Shown here piece after piece: positions 19,427 to 28,206 of a DNA stretch of 64,000 nt. The DNA is from Dehalococcoidia bacterium (GTDB lineage Bacteria > Chloroflexota > Dehalococcoidia > Lucifugimonadales > UBA3495). Position 1 is the stretch's first letter. Each line of letters starts with the position of its first letter. The notes beneath the pieces were generated by a model. It had not been told where the DNA came from. It saw nothing but the letters and a program-made list of their open reading frames with translations, and made no database searches. Where the stretch lies: NCBI GenBank assembly GCA_034428795.1, contig DAOUHF010000035.1, positions 131 to 64,130 on the forward strand, in the 5' to 3' direction. Both the position numbers and the translations under genes were made by a program.

Positions 19427-19571
19427 GGGAACCTCTGAACAAGTTATGATCATTGAGGCGAAAGCCGAAATCTCGGAGGAGAGCTTAACGGTATTAGCTA
19501 TCAAATGAGCGTCGGCGCCCCCATCCTAACCTTCCCCCATCGGGGGGAAGGGACTTGTTCGGATGTTTCCC
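19427..19571. mobile_element. 145-bp copy of the MITE-like repeat family
   Basis: gggaacctctgaacaag...cttgttcggatgtttccc with the same interior as 12049-12166 plus about 27 extra bp. A cacagacacgga-type low-complexity tract lies just before it, at about 19365-19420. Confidence 0.7.
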
Positions 19572-19633
19572 TGCTTCTTGAAGGCGGAGCCGGCCAGAGT
19601 CGGCCCGCCCGGAAGGCGATAGAGCGAGGGGAG

Positions 19634-19918
19634 CTAGCCGGGGAGGATGCCTTCTCCGACGAAGAGGACCTGGGCTTCTTCCAGGGTCAGGTCGGCTGCG
19701 GGCAGAATCAGGTCTGATTCCACCAGTTCGTCTACCGGCACCGGCGTGCCGTGCTCCCGGATCAAGGCCAGCATCCGGCCCAGCAGTTCGCTGAAGCCGG
19801 CGCGGTCACCGGCTTCCACCGCCTCCACCAATTCGTTGTCGACGTCGTTGAGCGGGTCGATGTAGGCGCCGGGCAGATTGAACTGCCCCTCGGTTGCGAT
19901 TCGGACGATCATGACCAA
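19634..19918 (-). CDS. PspA-associated protein PspAA
   Basis: 94 aa. IVRIATEGQFNLP...LNDVDNELVEAVEAGD...FSELL...GTPVPVDELVESDLILP..DLTLEEA..L...EGILPG matches the PspAA pattern I recall. It lies directly downstream of pspA. Confidence 0.7.
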   Translation of the reverse strand: MVMIVRIATEGQFNLPGAYIDPLNDVDNELVEAVEAGDRAGFSELLGRMLALIREHGTPVPVDELVESDLILPAADLTLEEAQVLFVGEGILPG

Positions 19919-19941
19919 CTCCCTGGATGCTAATGGGTGCG

Positions 19942-20661
19942 CTACTGGCCGTTTTTCGAGGACGCGCCGGACTTGAGCGCGGCCAGTTCGCTCTCCACGT
20001 TCTGCTCCGACGTGAGCTTATCCAGCTCCCGGCTGATGTCGTCCTTGGTGCTCCCGGTGAAATCGTCCAGCACGCCGATGGCGGCCAGTTCGTCGATGGC
20101 GCCGGCGCGGGCGCGCATCTGGTCGGTCTTGTTCTCCGCCCGCTCCACCGCCAGGCTGATGTCCCCCATCTCTTCCGAGACGCCCGACAGGGCCGCGCCG
20201 ATGCGCACCTGGGCTTGGGCGGCAGTGTACTGCGCCTTGATGACCTCTTTCTTGGTCTTGAACGCTTCCACCTTGGCCTGGAGCCGCCGCTCCGCGACGG
20301 TCAGCTTCTCCTGCTCCAACTCCATACCCTCGATCTGGTCGTCCAAGCCCTGAAGCTCGATCGTGGATGCCTGCTTGCGCTGCAGGGCCAGCCGGGCAAG
20401 GTCTTCCCGTTCCGCCTCCATGGCCTGACGCGCCTGCGAGTCCAGCTTGGCGATGTTTTCCCGGACCACGGTCGCCTGCTGTTGAATACGCCGCTTGGCG
20501 GTGACCATCTCGACGACGCCGCGCTTGACGTTGCGCAGCATCTCCAGCTGCTTCTCGTAGGAATAATCCAGGGTCTCCCGGGGGTCCTCGGCCTGGTCCA
20601 GGATGCGGTTCATCTTGGACTTAACGATGGTGGACATACGCGATAGCATTCCCATTTTCAA
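19942..20661 (-). CDS. pspA: PspA/IM30-family membrane-stress protein
   Basis: 239 aa, coiled-coil. The N-terminus ...RMSTIVKSKMNRILDQAEDPRETLDYSYEKQLEMLRNVKRGV is typical of PspA/IM30/Vipp1. Confidence 0.9.
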   Translation of the reverse strand: MKMGMLSRMSTIVKSKMNRILDQAEDPRETLDYSYEKQLEMLRNVKRGVVEMVTAKRRIQQQATVVRENIAKLDSQARQAMEAEREDLARLALQRKQASTIELQGLDDQIEGMELEQEKLTVAERRLQAKVEAFKTKKEVIKAQYTAAQAQVRIGAALSGVSEEMGDISLAVERAENKTDQMRARAGAIDELAAIGVLDDFTGSTKDDISRELDKLTSEQNVESELAALKSGASSKNGQ

Positions 20662-20840
20662 CCTCCTCTGTTTCTGCTATTGATGAGGCTCACCAAGCCG
20701 ATTATGATTACGACGATGCCGATTACGGCGATGATCCAGCCGAGTATGTTAAGCAGGCTCGCGAAAAAGTCGGACTGAACGAGGAGTCCAACCACCAGCA
20801 AAATAATCCCAACGACTATCCAGCCACCCTTTAGGCCCAT
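20658..20840 (-). CDS. Small two-TM membrane protein, function unknown
   Basis: 60 aa with two hydrophobic helices. Its stop overlaps the pspA start by 4 bp, so it is the first gene of the psp operon. Confidence 0.55.
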   Translation of the reverse strand: MGLKGGWIVVGIILLVVGLLVQSDFFASLLNILGWIIAVIGIVVIIIGLVSLINSRNRGG

Positions 20841-20914
20841 CCTCGAATTCTCCCTTGTCAGTCTGCAAATCGACCAGCGTCAAGTTTACCACGGCCCGGC
20901 AATTCAGACCCGTC

Positions 20915-20934
20915 ATTCCCGCGAAAACGGGAAT
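20915..20934. repeat. REP-type hairpin in the divergent psp / DUF4178 control region
   Basis: attcccg-cgaaaa-cgggaat: 7-bp stem, 6-nt loop. Confidence 0.6.
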
Positions 20935-20982
20935 CCAGGAAGGATAGCCCGCTTCACTGATTGGCTGTACAATTCTGAGCGT

Positions 20983-21606
20983 ATGCTGCGTTCGATTTTT
21001 GGCAGAAAAAAGCGGAAGCGGGACTCATCCGCCCCTCCGTCACGCGAGGATAGCATCAGGGACGCCCGGGTCGGCGACGTAGTGTCGATCGCCGGGTTCC
21101 GCCTGGAGTACGAAGATGTCTATTTTTACGTGGAGAGAATCCACCGGTACTCCAGCCACGGCGAAACGTGGCATGAGATGGTGTGTACCGACGGCCAGCA
21201 CCAGGTTTGGGTCGATTGGGTGGACGGCCACGATCTGGTCGTCACCGCCACCGACAACCCGGACCCGTCGGGCTTGGCCAGCGTGGGTCTGACCGAAGAG
21301 ACGTTGGTCGAGCTGGACGAGGAGAACTCCATCGATAACCACATCGAGGTCGAAGGGGAAGTCTACCGCTACCGGAACAGCTCCGAAACGCTCTTCTACC
21401 AGGACGGCCGCGGGCCGGGCCAGGGCTTCTATTCCTGGGACTTCATCCGAGAGCAGGGGGACCGGGTGATGTCGGTGGCCAAGTGGGAAGGCAGGCCCTT
21501 CGAAGTAGCCTTCAGCGAGGTCATTCCGCCGGAGAACATCACCCTTTACCCCGGAGACCGTGGTTTAGAAAACCCCAGCCGCCCCAGCGAGCAGGAATAC
21601 CGATGA
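20983..21606 (+). CDS. DUF4178-like protein
   Basis: 207 aa. The segment GDVVSIAGFRLEYEDVYFYVE..H.Y....ETWHEM.C.DGQHQVWVDWVDG fits the DUF4178 pattern as I recall it. Its stop overlaps the next start (ATGA). Confidence 0.6.
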   Translation: MLRSIFGRKKRKRDSSAPPSREDSIRDARVGDVVSIAGFRLEYEDVYFYVERIHRYSSHGETWHEMVCTDGQHQVWVDWVDGHDLVVTATDNPDPSGLASVGLTEETLVELDEENSIDNHIEVEGEVYRYRNSSETLFYQDGRGPGQGFYSWDFIREQGDRVMSVAKWEGRPFEVAFSEVIPPENITLYPGDRGLENPSRPSEQEYR

Positions 21607-22505
21607 TTGACTCCTTCGTAGACACGTTGCAGGCATTCCCCCGCGGGCTGGTGTTCGTCGCCGTCGGGCTGGCGGTGCTTGTGCTCGGCAAGCTGGCCAG
21701 AGACGTAACGACACGCTACAGCATCGATCAGGAAGTCACCAAGAAGCAGAACCTGGCGGTGGCCCTGCGATTGAGCGGCTACTTCGCGGGGCTGGTGCTG
21801 GTGCTTCTGGGAGCGCTGTACCAACCGTTACTGCTGCCGGGCGAAGGCGGGCTAGGCTTCGACCGGGACTACTGGCTGGAGGTGCTCCGGGTCTTCCTGT
21901 ACGCCCTGGCCGGCATCGTGGCGCTGAACCTGGTGCGGCCCCTGATGGACCGGGCGATCCTGTACAAGTTCCGTGTCGACGACGAAATAGTCGAGGGGCA
22001 AAACGTGGGGACCGCCGCCGCCGAGTTCGGGCTGTACATCGCGACCGGCCTGCTGATTGCCGGCGCCGTAGCCGGCGAAGGGGCGGGTTCGGAGCTGACG
22101 TCGGCCTTGGTGACGTTGGCGTTCCTCGGCATGGGGCTGGTGTTCCTGGTGGCGTACGCGGTCTTCTACCAGTTCACCACACCCTACGACATCCACTCGG
22201 AAATCGAAGGCAACAACAACGCGGTCGGCATCGCCTTTGGCGGCAACCTGATTGCCATCGGCCTGGTGATGTTCAAGGCGGTGTTCGGCGACTTCGTCGG
22301 CTGGGGAGAGAGCATCGCCGCGTTTCTGACCTTGGGAGTAATCGGGTTTGCCCTGCTCTACGTGCTCCGGGTGCTCATCGACCGGTTGCTGCTGCCCACC
22401 GTCCGGGTTTCCAGCGCTTTGGCCGAGGGCCGGAACACCGGCGTCGCCTTTGTAGAGGGCTCCGTGGTAATTGCTTCCGCCCTGATACTGTTCATGGCGA
22501 TTTAG
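21603..22505 (+). CDS. Membrane protein with two DUF350 repeats
   Basis: Start at ATG 21603 (MIDSFVDTLQ...). Two copies of the DUF350-like motif: DDEIVEGQNVGTAAAEFGLYIATGLLIAGAV and HSEIEGNNNAVGIAFGGNLIAIGLVMFKAV. Confidence 0.7.
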   Translation: MIDSFVDTLQAFPRGLVFVAVGLAVLVLGKLARDVTTRYSIDQEVTKKQNLAVALRLSGYFAGLVLVLLGALYQPLLLPGEGGLGFDRDYWLEVLRVFLYALAGIVALNLVRPLMDRAILYKFRVDDEIVEGQNVGTAAAEFGLYIATGLLIAGAVAGEGAGSELTSALVTLAFLGMGLVFLVAYAVFYQFTTPYDIHSEIEGNNNAVGIAFGGNLIAIGLVMFKAVFGDFVGWGESIAAFLTLGVIGFALLYVLRVLIDRLLLPTVRVSSALAEGRNTGVAFVEGSVVIASALILFMAI

Positions 22506-23485
22506 GATTGGGGCGGGTTGCTCCAGACTTGCCGTAGCACCCTTCTCTCGGCCGCCAACTGCCGGGACTGATCGTTCTTCTCTTCCAGGTAGCTGTACCC
22601 GCTCTCGACGATCCTGGCGATAAGTTCGTCATCGAGGTCGAACCTGTTGACCGCCGGCTCCAGCAGCCGGTCGAAGAAATCGTCATCCTCGATCAGGCCG
22701 GTCCATTCGCCCGAGAAGGCGTCCAGGCTGCCGTCGTAGAGGCGCAGCAGGAACACCGTCCTCACGGGGTCCAGCCCCTCGTACTCGTAGACTTGGGGCC
22801 GCAGGTCCACCCCGCGGCCCCGGCCGAAGCAGACGTCCTCGGCCTCGTCGTCGAAGTCGGCGTCCTTGAAGTGGTCGTAGGCGTCGATGTAGTCTTCGGT
22901 TTCCCGCAGCAGCGTGCCGATAAGTTCCCGGCCCCCTTCGGTGATCGTGAACGCGCCGGTCTCCTCCCACGCCTCTTCTGGGAACTCGACCAGGCCCTTG
23001 CGTTGCAGTCCAGTGGCCCCGGGAGCCGTCGCCGTGATTCCGCACTGGAATTTGTCGAGGAAATAGAGGACGGTCAACTCCCTGAGCCAGGCCAACAACC
23101 CACCTTTGCTATGCCAGAACCCTTGGCGCACGGCGTATTCCAGGGCGCTGTACTGTTGTTCGATCCGCAGGTTGGGACAGACCGGTCCCGCCAGATCCAA
23201 TGCCGTGCCGCCATCGGTAGACACGGCCAGAGCGCAGAGGCCCTTTCGCCACTGGGCGACGGCGTCGAGAATCACGTCGTAGATGTCCTGCAGGTCCGGG
23301 TTGGTCCCCGCGTCCAGCATGGACTCCACGTCGCATTGCTGCTGCGGGTCTGCGGGGAACACCAGGTCAAGGAGGCGTCCTACGGTCTCATCGGCATAGT
23401 CCGGGGGCAGCCCGACAAGGAGACAGTCGGCCGGGTCCATTCCGGCGAGGGACACCCTGAGCTCGAAAGGCGCTGGCGGGCGCAT
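22502..23485 (-). CDS. Acidic cytoplasmic protein, function unknown (central winged-helix-like segment)
   Basis: 327 aa. LQRKGLVEFPEEAWEETGAFTITEGGRELIGTLL resembles a MarR/PadR-type wing. It is the last gene of the minus-strand array: 1-bp overlap with the upstream gene and 4-bp convergent overlap with the DUF350 gene. Confidence 0.55.
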   Translation of the reverse strand: MRPPAPFELRVSLAGMDPADCLLVGLPPDYADETVGRLLDLVFPADPQQQCDVESMLDAGTNPDLQDIYDVILDAVAQWRKGLCALAVSTDGGTALDLAGPVCPNLRIEQQYSALEYAVRQGFWHSKGGLLAWLRELTVLYFLDKFQCGITATAPGATGLQRKGLVEFPEEAWEETGAFTITEGGRELIGTLLRETEDYIDAYDHFKDADFDDEAEDVCFGRGRGVDLRPQVYEYEGLDPVRTVFLLRLYDGSLDAFSGEWTGLIEDDDFFDRLLEPAVNRFDLDDELIARIVESGYSYLEEKNDQSRQLAAERRVLRQVWSNPPQS

Positions 23486-24285
23486 CAGAAGCGGCGGCGG
23501 TCCCGGACGGACATTGCCCCGCCGCCGCCATAGCCACCGGAGCTGCGCGAAGAGCGGAAGGCCCCGGAACGGCCGCGGCTCACGGAACTGCTGGACTTGA
23601 ACGCCCCGCTGGTCCTCTGGGTCTGCTGGTAGGTCGTGCGGTTGGAGCTTACGTTGCCTTTCGATTGCTGGTAGCGGGAACCGGCGAAGGACGACTGCTT
23701 GCTGCTGTATGAGTTGTTGCGTTGCACCTGGCCGTTGTAATTGGAGCTTTGCCGGTAGGTGGTGCGCTGGTTGCGCATCCCGGGGCCTCTTCCCACCGGC
23801 GTGTTGTAGTAATAACCGCGCGGCGATATAGCCGAGATGAGCATGTAAGTGAACAGGAAGTCCCCGGCGCCGAAGTGGCTGTTGTAGTAGCCGTTGCCGT
23901 GGTAGCCCCGCATGTCGTATTCATCTTTGTCGTCTTTTACGATGGAGAAGAGCTGGTCGTCGGTCATGTCGTCGATCTCGTAGTTGCCGTTCAGATCTTC
24001 CCATCCTTCGAGGGTCAACCCGCCGCCGTCCTGGCTGGCCCGTACGAGCACCAGTCCGTCGCCTTCGTATATCTCGTTGACGCGGTCCTCGAAGTCAGTC
24101 GCGCTCTTTGAGTCCTTGAACGCCTGCTGAACGTCGTCCAGGTTTATCCTGCCTGCCGCTCCGTCGGTGGCGGCCCAGTCCTCGTAGGACGGTCCCGTTC
24201 CGCAGGCGGCGATCAGGGGCGCCGCGGCGACTATGCCGCCAAGGGAGATGGCCGTGCCCAGCTTGAACCTTCTCAACTCGTTCAC
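23485..24285 (-). CDS. Lipoprotein with a Ser/Arg/Gln/Asn/Gly-rich low-complexity C-terminal tail
   Basis: 266 aa. Signal peptide plus lipobox (LIAAC-GT), an acidic globular part, then a tail of about 100 aa ending SRSSGGYGGGGA. Its start overlaps the SecA-like stop by 4 bp. Confidence 0.7.
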   Translation of the reverse strand: MNELRRFKLGTAISLGGIVAAAPLIAACGTGPSYEDWAATDGAAGRINLDDVQQAFKDSKSATDFEDRVNEIYEGDGLVLVRASQDGGGLTLEGWEDLNGNYEIDDMTDDQLFSIVKDDKDEYDMRGYHGNGYYNSHFGAGDFLFTYMLISAISPRGYYYNTPVGRGPGMRNQRTTYRQSSNYNGQVQRNNSYSSKQSSFAGSRYQQSKGNVSSNRTTYQQTQRTSGAFKSSSSVSRGRSGAFRSSRSSGGYGGGGAMSVRDRRRF

Positions 24286-27044
24286 TCCTTCGCCGCCGCC
24301 ATCAGCGCGCGGGCATCCTCATGCACTCGGACCGGGGCGCTGACACGGGGATGAAAACGGTCTACGGGGAAAGTCAGCAACTGCGACAGGTACTCCGTCT
24401 CCACCCGCTCCAGGAACTCATCCCATGCCCGGAAGCTCTCCCGGACGTAGGCTGCCACGGCGGACTTGTGGCTCTTGTAGGAGAGCGTCTGGTTCAAGAT
24501 GGAGCCCTGAAGGTCGCTGAGGTGGCCCTTCCATTGCTCGTCGCAGGTATTCAAGTAGAGGAGAACGGCTAGGTGATTGAAATTGGAGGACCCGACTTCC
24601 CTCTCCAACTCGTCCAGCCGGTCCAGGAACAGCCGGCCCAACTGCGCCGGAAGCAGCGTCAGGTCGCAGCCCCAAAGGGCCGAGCAATCGACCTGATAGT
24701 CCAGCCGCAGTTCGTCGGCAAACCGGACGAACCTGGCGGGGTAATGTTCCGGGGTCACTTCCGCGAAATAATCGGCGCTGAGGCGGCCCGCCAGGCTCCG
24801 CGCCAACTCGAGGCTCCGTTCCAACTCGAGGCCCGGTCCCAACTCGAGGCCCCGTCCCTTGAACGCTGGCGAACCCATTGCCTCGCGCCGGTGGCGGTAA
24901 AAGAGGTCGGTCTGCCGGTCGATCACTGCGGTATAGTCGCTCAACAGACTGCGTTGCTCCTCGGCTTCTCTCTCAAAGACCCTCTGCACCGACCGGACGT
25001 GGGCATCGACCGCCGGTCCAGCGAAGTACGTTCGCCCGGCTGAGTCGGTATTGCGGCACTGGACTAGCTTCAGAATGCCGTCGGCGTAGAGGTTGAGGAG
25101 GCGGTCCTCCAGGCTCAACAGCCCCTGGGCGACGCCGAAATTACCCTGCCGGCCGCTCCGGCCGCTCAGTTGGAGGTCGATGCGCGGAGAGTAGTTGGTC
25201 TCCGTGCCGATAACCCGCAGTCCCGAGGGGAAGTCCGGCCTGTCCCGCTCCGGCAGCAGGGCCCACTGCCCGGCTATCCGGTCGTCCAGGCCGGGTTCCA
25301 GCAGTATATCGGTGCCCCGGCCGGCCATGTTGGTCGCCACGGTTACCGCGCCGAACGCGCCGGCCTCCCGGACGGTTCGAGCCTCTTCATCGGAGTGGAC
25401 CGCGTTCAGCAGGTTGTGGGAAATGCCGCGCTCCGTCAGGAGTCCGCTCAAGGCCTGCGAGTCCTCGACGCTCAGGGTTCCCACCAAGACCGGCTGGCCA
25501 ATGCGGTGGGCCGCGGCCACCTCGTCCACGATGGCCAGGGCCTTGTCCCGCTTGTTGAGATACACCCGGCAGCCCAGGTCGGCCCGTTTCAGGGGGCGGG
25601 CCGGGAGAAGCTCCACGACCTTGAGCCCGTAACGCTGCCTGAACTCGTCGGCGGAGGAGGCGGCCGTCCCGGTCATGCCGGATATCCACCGGTACCGCGT
25701 GATGAATCCTTCGACCGAAATCTGCCCCAGGGTTTCCGTCTCGGGGCGGGGTGTAATACCTTCCGCGGCTTCCACCGCCGACTGCAGCCCATGCTGGTAA
25801 ACGCAGTCCGCCTTGGGCCTGCCGGTGGCCCGGTCGATTAGCACTATGCGCCCCTCGGTGACCAGGTAGTCCACGTCGCGGTGCAGGAGGAGGCAGGCCC
25901 GCAGCATCTGGTGTACCTGGTTGCCCAGCTCATACTGCCGGGCCAGCCGCCGTCGCACCTCCCGCGCACGCCTTCTGCGTTCGCCGGCGGCGAGATGCCC
26001 GTGGGTCTCCAAGGCCTCCAGTTGCTCTTCGAGCGGACGCCCGTCGTAGAAAGGGCCCAACTGCCGCACCAATATTTCCCGGCCCTCGTCGGTCAGCGTG
26101 ACATAACGCTTGTCGGGCGCAATTACGTAAAGCAGGCCGGAAGCCAGGCCGGCGCGGTCCAGTTCGGCCACCAGGCTGGCCTGCTTGAGCGCCCCCGGCT
26201 GTTCGGCCAAGAGCCGCTTCAATTCCGGGTTGTCCGGTTCAGCCAGCAACAGCCGGGCCATGAGCCGGGTCCTCTCGCCGGCGCTTCCGGCCCACCGGGC
26301 CAGTTGACCGGCGATGCCTTGGGCAACCTCGCGCTGCCGGTCGATGAGACGGGAGACGGCCTTCCGGACCTTGACTACCGGGGCCCGGCCCCCGACGCGA
26401 CCGCCGGAGATAATCATGGGAGTGAAGGCTTCGTCAATGAGGGCGTGGTCCACCTCGTCAATGATCACCGCTTCCAGCTTTCCCTGCACCAACTCGTCGC
26501 CGACGGTCTTGAGGTTGTCCCGGAGAAAATCGAACCCGAACTCCCGCATCGCGCCGTAGACGACGTCCTTCCCGTAGCTCTGCCGCCGCTCGTCGTCCTC
26601 CATGTAGCCCAGCACCGGGCTGACGCCGATGCCCAGGGAGCGGTAGACCGGCCCAAGCAGTTCGGCGTCCCTGGAAGCCAGATAATCGTTGGCGGTCACG
26701 ACGTGGACGGCCCTTCCCAGCAACGCGTGGGCCACCGCCGGGAAGGCCGCGGCGACGGTCTTGCCCTCCCCGGCGGCGAGTTGGGCGATGCTTCCATCGA
26801 AGAGATGCGCCCCGGCAAGCAACTGCTCGTCCGTAGGCCGGATGCCGAGCTGCCTGGTTACCGCTTCGGCTGTGATGCCGAAGGCTTGGGCCAGGAGGTC
26901 TTCGAGGAGGTCTTCGGTGTGCGACTGGCGCGCCTCGTACTTGAGGCGCATCAAGTCCGCTCTCAGGCCGCCGTTCTCGTGACCGGAGAAGTCAAGGCGG
27001 CGCGCCTTCGCCAGTATGCTTTGGGGCCGGTCTTTTGAAGTCAT
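24282..27044 (-). CDS. Divergent SecA-family ATPase (SecA2-like paralogue)
   Basis: 920 aa. Walker A AAGEGKT, VTANDYLASRDAE, Walker B IIDEVDHALIDEAFTPMIISG, GLQSAVEAAEG, SGMTGTA, VLVGT, ATNMAGRGTDI and RIDLQLSGRSGRQG all align with canonical SecA motifs but carry substitutions at normally invariant positions. There is no C-terminal zinc tail. Confidence 0.85.
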   Translation of the reverse strand: MTSKDRPQSILAKARRLDFSGHENGGLRADLMRLKYEARQSHTEDLLEDLLAQAFGITAEAVTRQLGIRPTDEQLLAGAHLFDGSIAQLAAGEGKTVAAAFPAVAHALLGRAVHVVTANDYLASRDAELLGPVYRSLGIGVSPVLGYMEDDERRQSYGKDVVYGAMREFGFDFLRDNLKTVGDELVQGKLEAVIIDEVDHALIDEAFTPMIISGGRVGGRAPVVKVRKAVSRLIDRQREVAQGIAGQLARWAGSAGERTRLMARLLLAEPDNPELKRLLAEQPGALKQASLVAELDRAGLASGLLYVIAPDKRYVTLTDEGREILVRQLGPFYDGRPLEEQLEALETHGHLAAGERRRRAREVRRRLARQYELGNQVHQMLRACLLLHRDVDYLVTEGRIVLIDRATGRPKADCVYQHGLQSAVEAAEGITPRPETETLGQISVEGFITRYRWISGMTGTAASSADEFRQRYGLKVVELLPARPLKRADLGCRVYLNKRDKALAIVDEVAAAHRIGQPVLVGTLSVEDSQALSGLLTERGISHNLLNAVHSDEEARTVREAGAFGAVTVATNMAGRGTDILLEPGLDDRIAGQWALLPERDRPDFPSGLRVIGTETNYSPRIDLQLSGRSGRQGNFGVAQGLLSLEDRLLNLYADGILKLVQCRNTDSAGRTYFAGPAVDAHVRSVQRVFEREAEEQRSLLSDYTAVIDRQTDLFYRHRREAMGSPAFKGRGLELGPGLELERSLELARSLAGRLSADYFAEVTPEHYPARFVRFADELRLDYQVDCSALWGCDLTLLPAQLGRLFLDRLDELEREVGSSNFNHLAVLLYLNTCDEQWKGHLSDLQGSILNQTLSYKSHKSAVAAYVRESFRAWDEFLERVETEYLSQLLTFPVDRFHPRVSAPVRVHEDARALMAAAKE

Positions 27045-27069
27045 GACGACGACAGCATCCGGAGGCTTC

Positions 27070-28164
27070 CTATCCGATCCTTTCTTGCCCGATCCTTTCC
27101 CGCAGGCCAGGCCAAGAATACCTGCTGGAGCTAATGTACACCAGAAGGTCGCCCGCGGTCAGGAATATGTCTCCAAACTTCAGGTACGCCTGCCGGTCGC
27201 GGATCATCCCAACGAGGTTGATATCCTGTTCAAGCAGCCTTGCGGCGACTTGAGTGTAGCCAAGGGGGCCGCCGCCGGCCTCAAAAGAGGGCGCGGACTC
27301 GACCTTCGTGCTGGCCAGCGTACCCTCTACCAGATTGCTGGTCATGGCCTGCGTGAGTAAGGTGACTCCGGGGTCCTGGGACTCCTGGATCAGAAGGTTG
27401 GTGGCCATGCGAAGGGTATACACCAGCGTGGTGTCGGGAGAGCCGGAGAAGAGACGCCGGTGATTCGGCGACATACATTCGGCGACGGTCCGGATACCGG
27501 GGTTGAGGCTGGCGATGACGGTGGCGGCGGCGGCAACCACGCTGTCGCTGTTGGGGTCGTCGTAGTTCGTGCTCAGGATAATAGCCTGGATGGCCTCGTC
27601 GACGCCGGCCCTGCGATAGGTCTCCTCGTCCAGGGGCGAACCGCGGACGAAGGACACGTTGGGATGGTCAAACGGCAGGGTGTTCACCGTGTCGGTAATA
27701 ATGACGAACTCGGTCCCGCGGTGCCCCCGGTCGGCCAGGAACTCGTCGACAACCTGGCGGACTCTGGTCTCGTTGGGGAAGTTTACGATCAGCAGGTGGC
27801 CCTTGGCATTCACGGTCGCCATTCCGGTCTGCTCCTTCATGCGCAGGTCCAGGACCCAGTCCACCAGGATCCCCGCCGTGGTGGTGAAGGCCACCAGCCC
27901 GACCAGGACGATGAACACTACCGTGCCGATGCGGGCGCCGGCGGCCGACGCCGACAGGTCGCCGTACCCGATCGTGCTGATGGATATTACGCTGTACCAC
28001 AGGCTGTCGCCGATGGTCAGGTCGGGCTGAACGCTCCGCTCGAAAACGAAGAAGGTCAGGGCGTTGCCGGCGATGCTTCCTCCCAGCACGACCAGTATAG
28101 CCAGAAGGCCCAGCTCCCGTCTGCGGCGCGCCCGGCGCATGATTCTTACTAGAGAAAGGTACAT
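27070..28164 (-). CDS. Two-TM K+ channel with cytoplasmic RCK/TrkA domains
   Basis: 364 aa. TIGYGD selectivity filter between two TM helices, followed by a TrkA-N-like domain (LLIVNFPNE...) and a TrkA-C-like domain. Confidence 0.85.
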   Translation of the reverse strand: MYLSLVRIMRRARRRRELGLLAILVVLGGSIAGNALTFFVFERSVQPDLTIGDSLWYSVISISTIGYGDLSASAAGARIGTVVFIVLVGLVAFTTTAGILVDWVLDLRMKEQTGMATVNAKGHLLIVNFPNETRVRQVVDEFLADRGHRGTEFVIITDTVNTLPFDHPNVSFVRGSPLDEETYRRAGVDEAIQAIILSTNYDDPNSDSVVAAAATVIASLNPGIRTVAECMSPNHRRLFSGSPDTTLVYTLRMATNLLIQESQDPGVTLLTQAMTSNLVEGTLASTKVESAPSFEAGGGPLGYTQVAARLLEQDINLVGMIRDRQAYLKFGDIFLTAGDLLVYISSSRYSWPGLRERIGQERIG

Positions 28165-28206
28165 ACGGCGGCGTTCTCTATCGGTTGGCTGAACGGAACG
28201 AGGCTG

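Noticed and set aside
20841-20900. A sigma54 (-24/-12) promoter upstream of the psp operon, by analogy with E. coli pspA.
   Set aside because: The only GG...GC candidate (ctGGtcgatttGCa on the minus strand) has a 7-nt spacing instead of the required 10 nt. No PspF-like activator gene is in the window.
21483-21602. Upstream extensions of track ORFs 21483, 41106, 46053 and 56495.
   Set aside because: Each extension overlaps the 3' end of the preceding, well-supported gene, or in the case of 56495 the mobile element. Internal starts (21603, 41283/41310, 46287, 56654) give N-termini that match the protein families.
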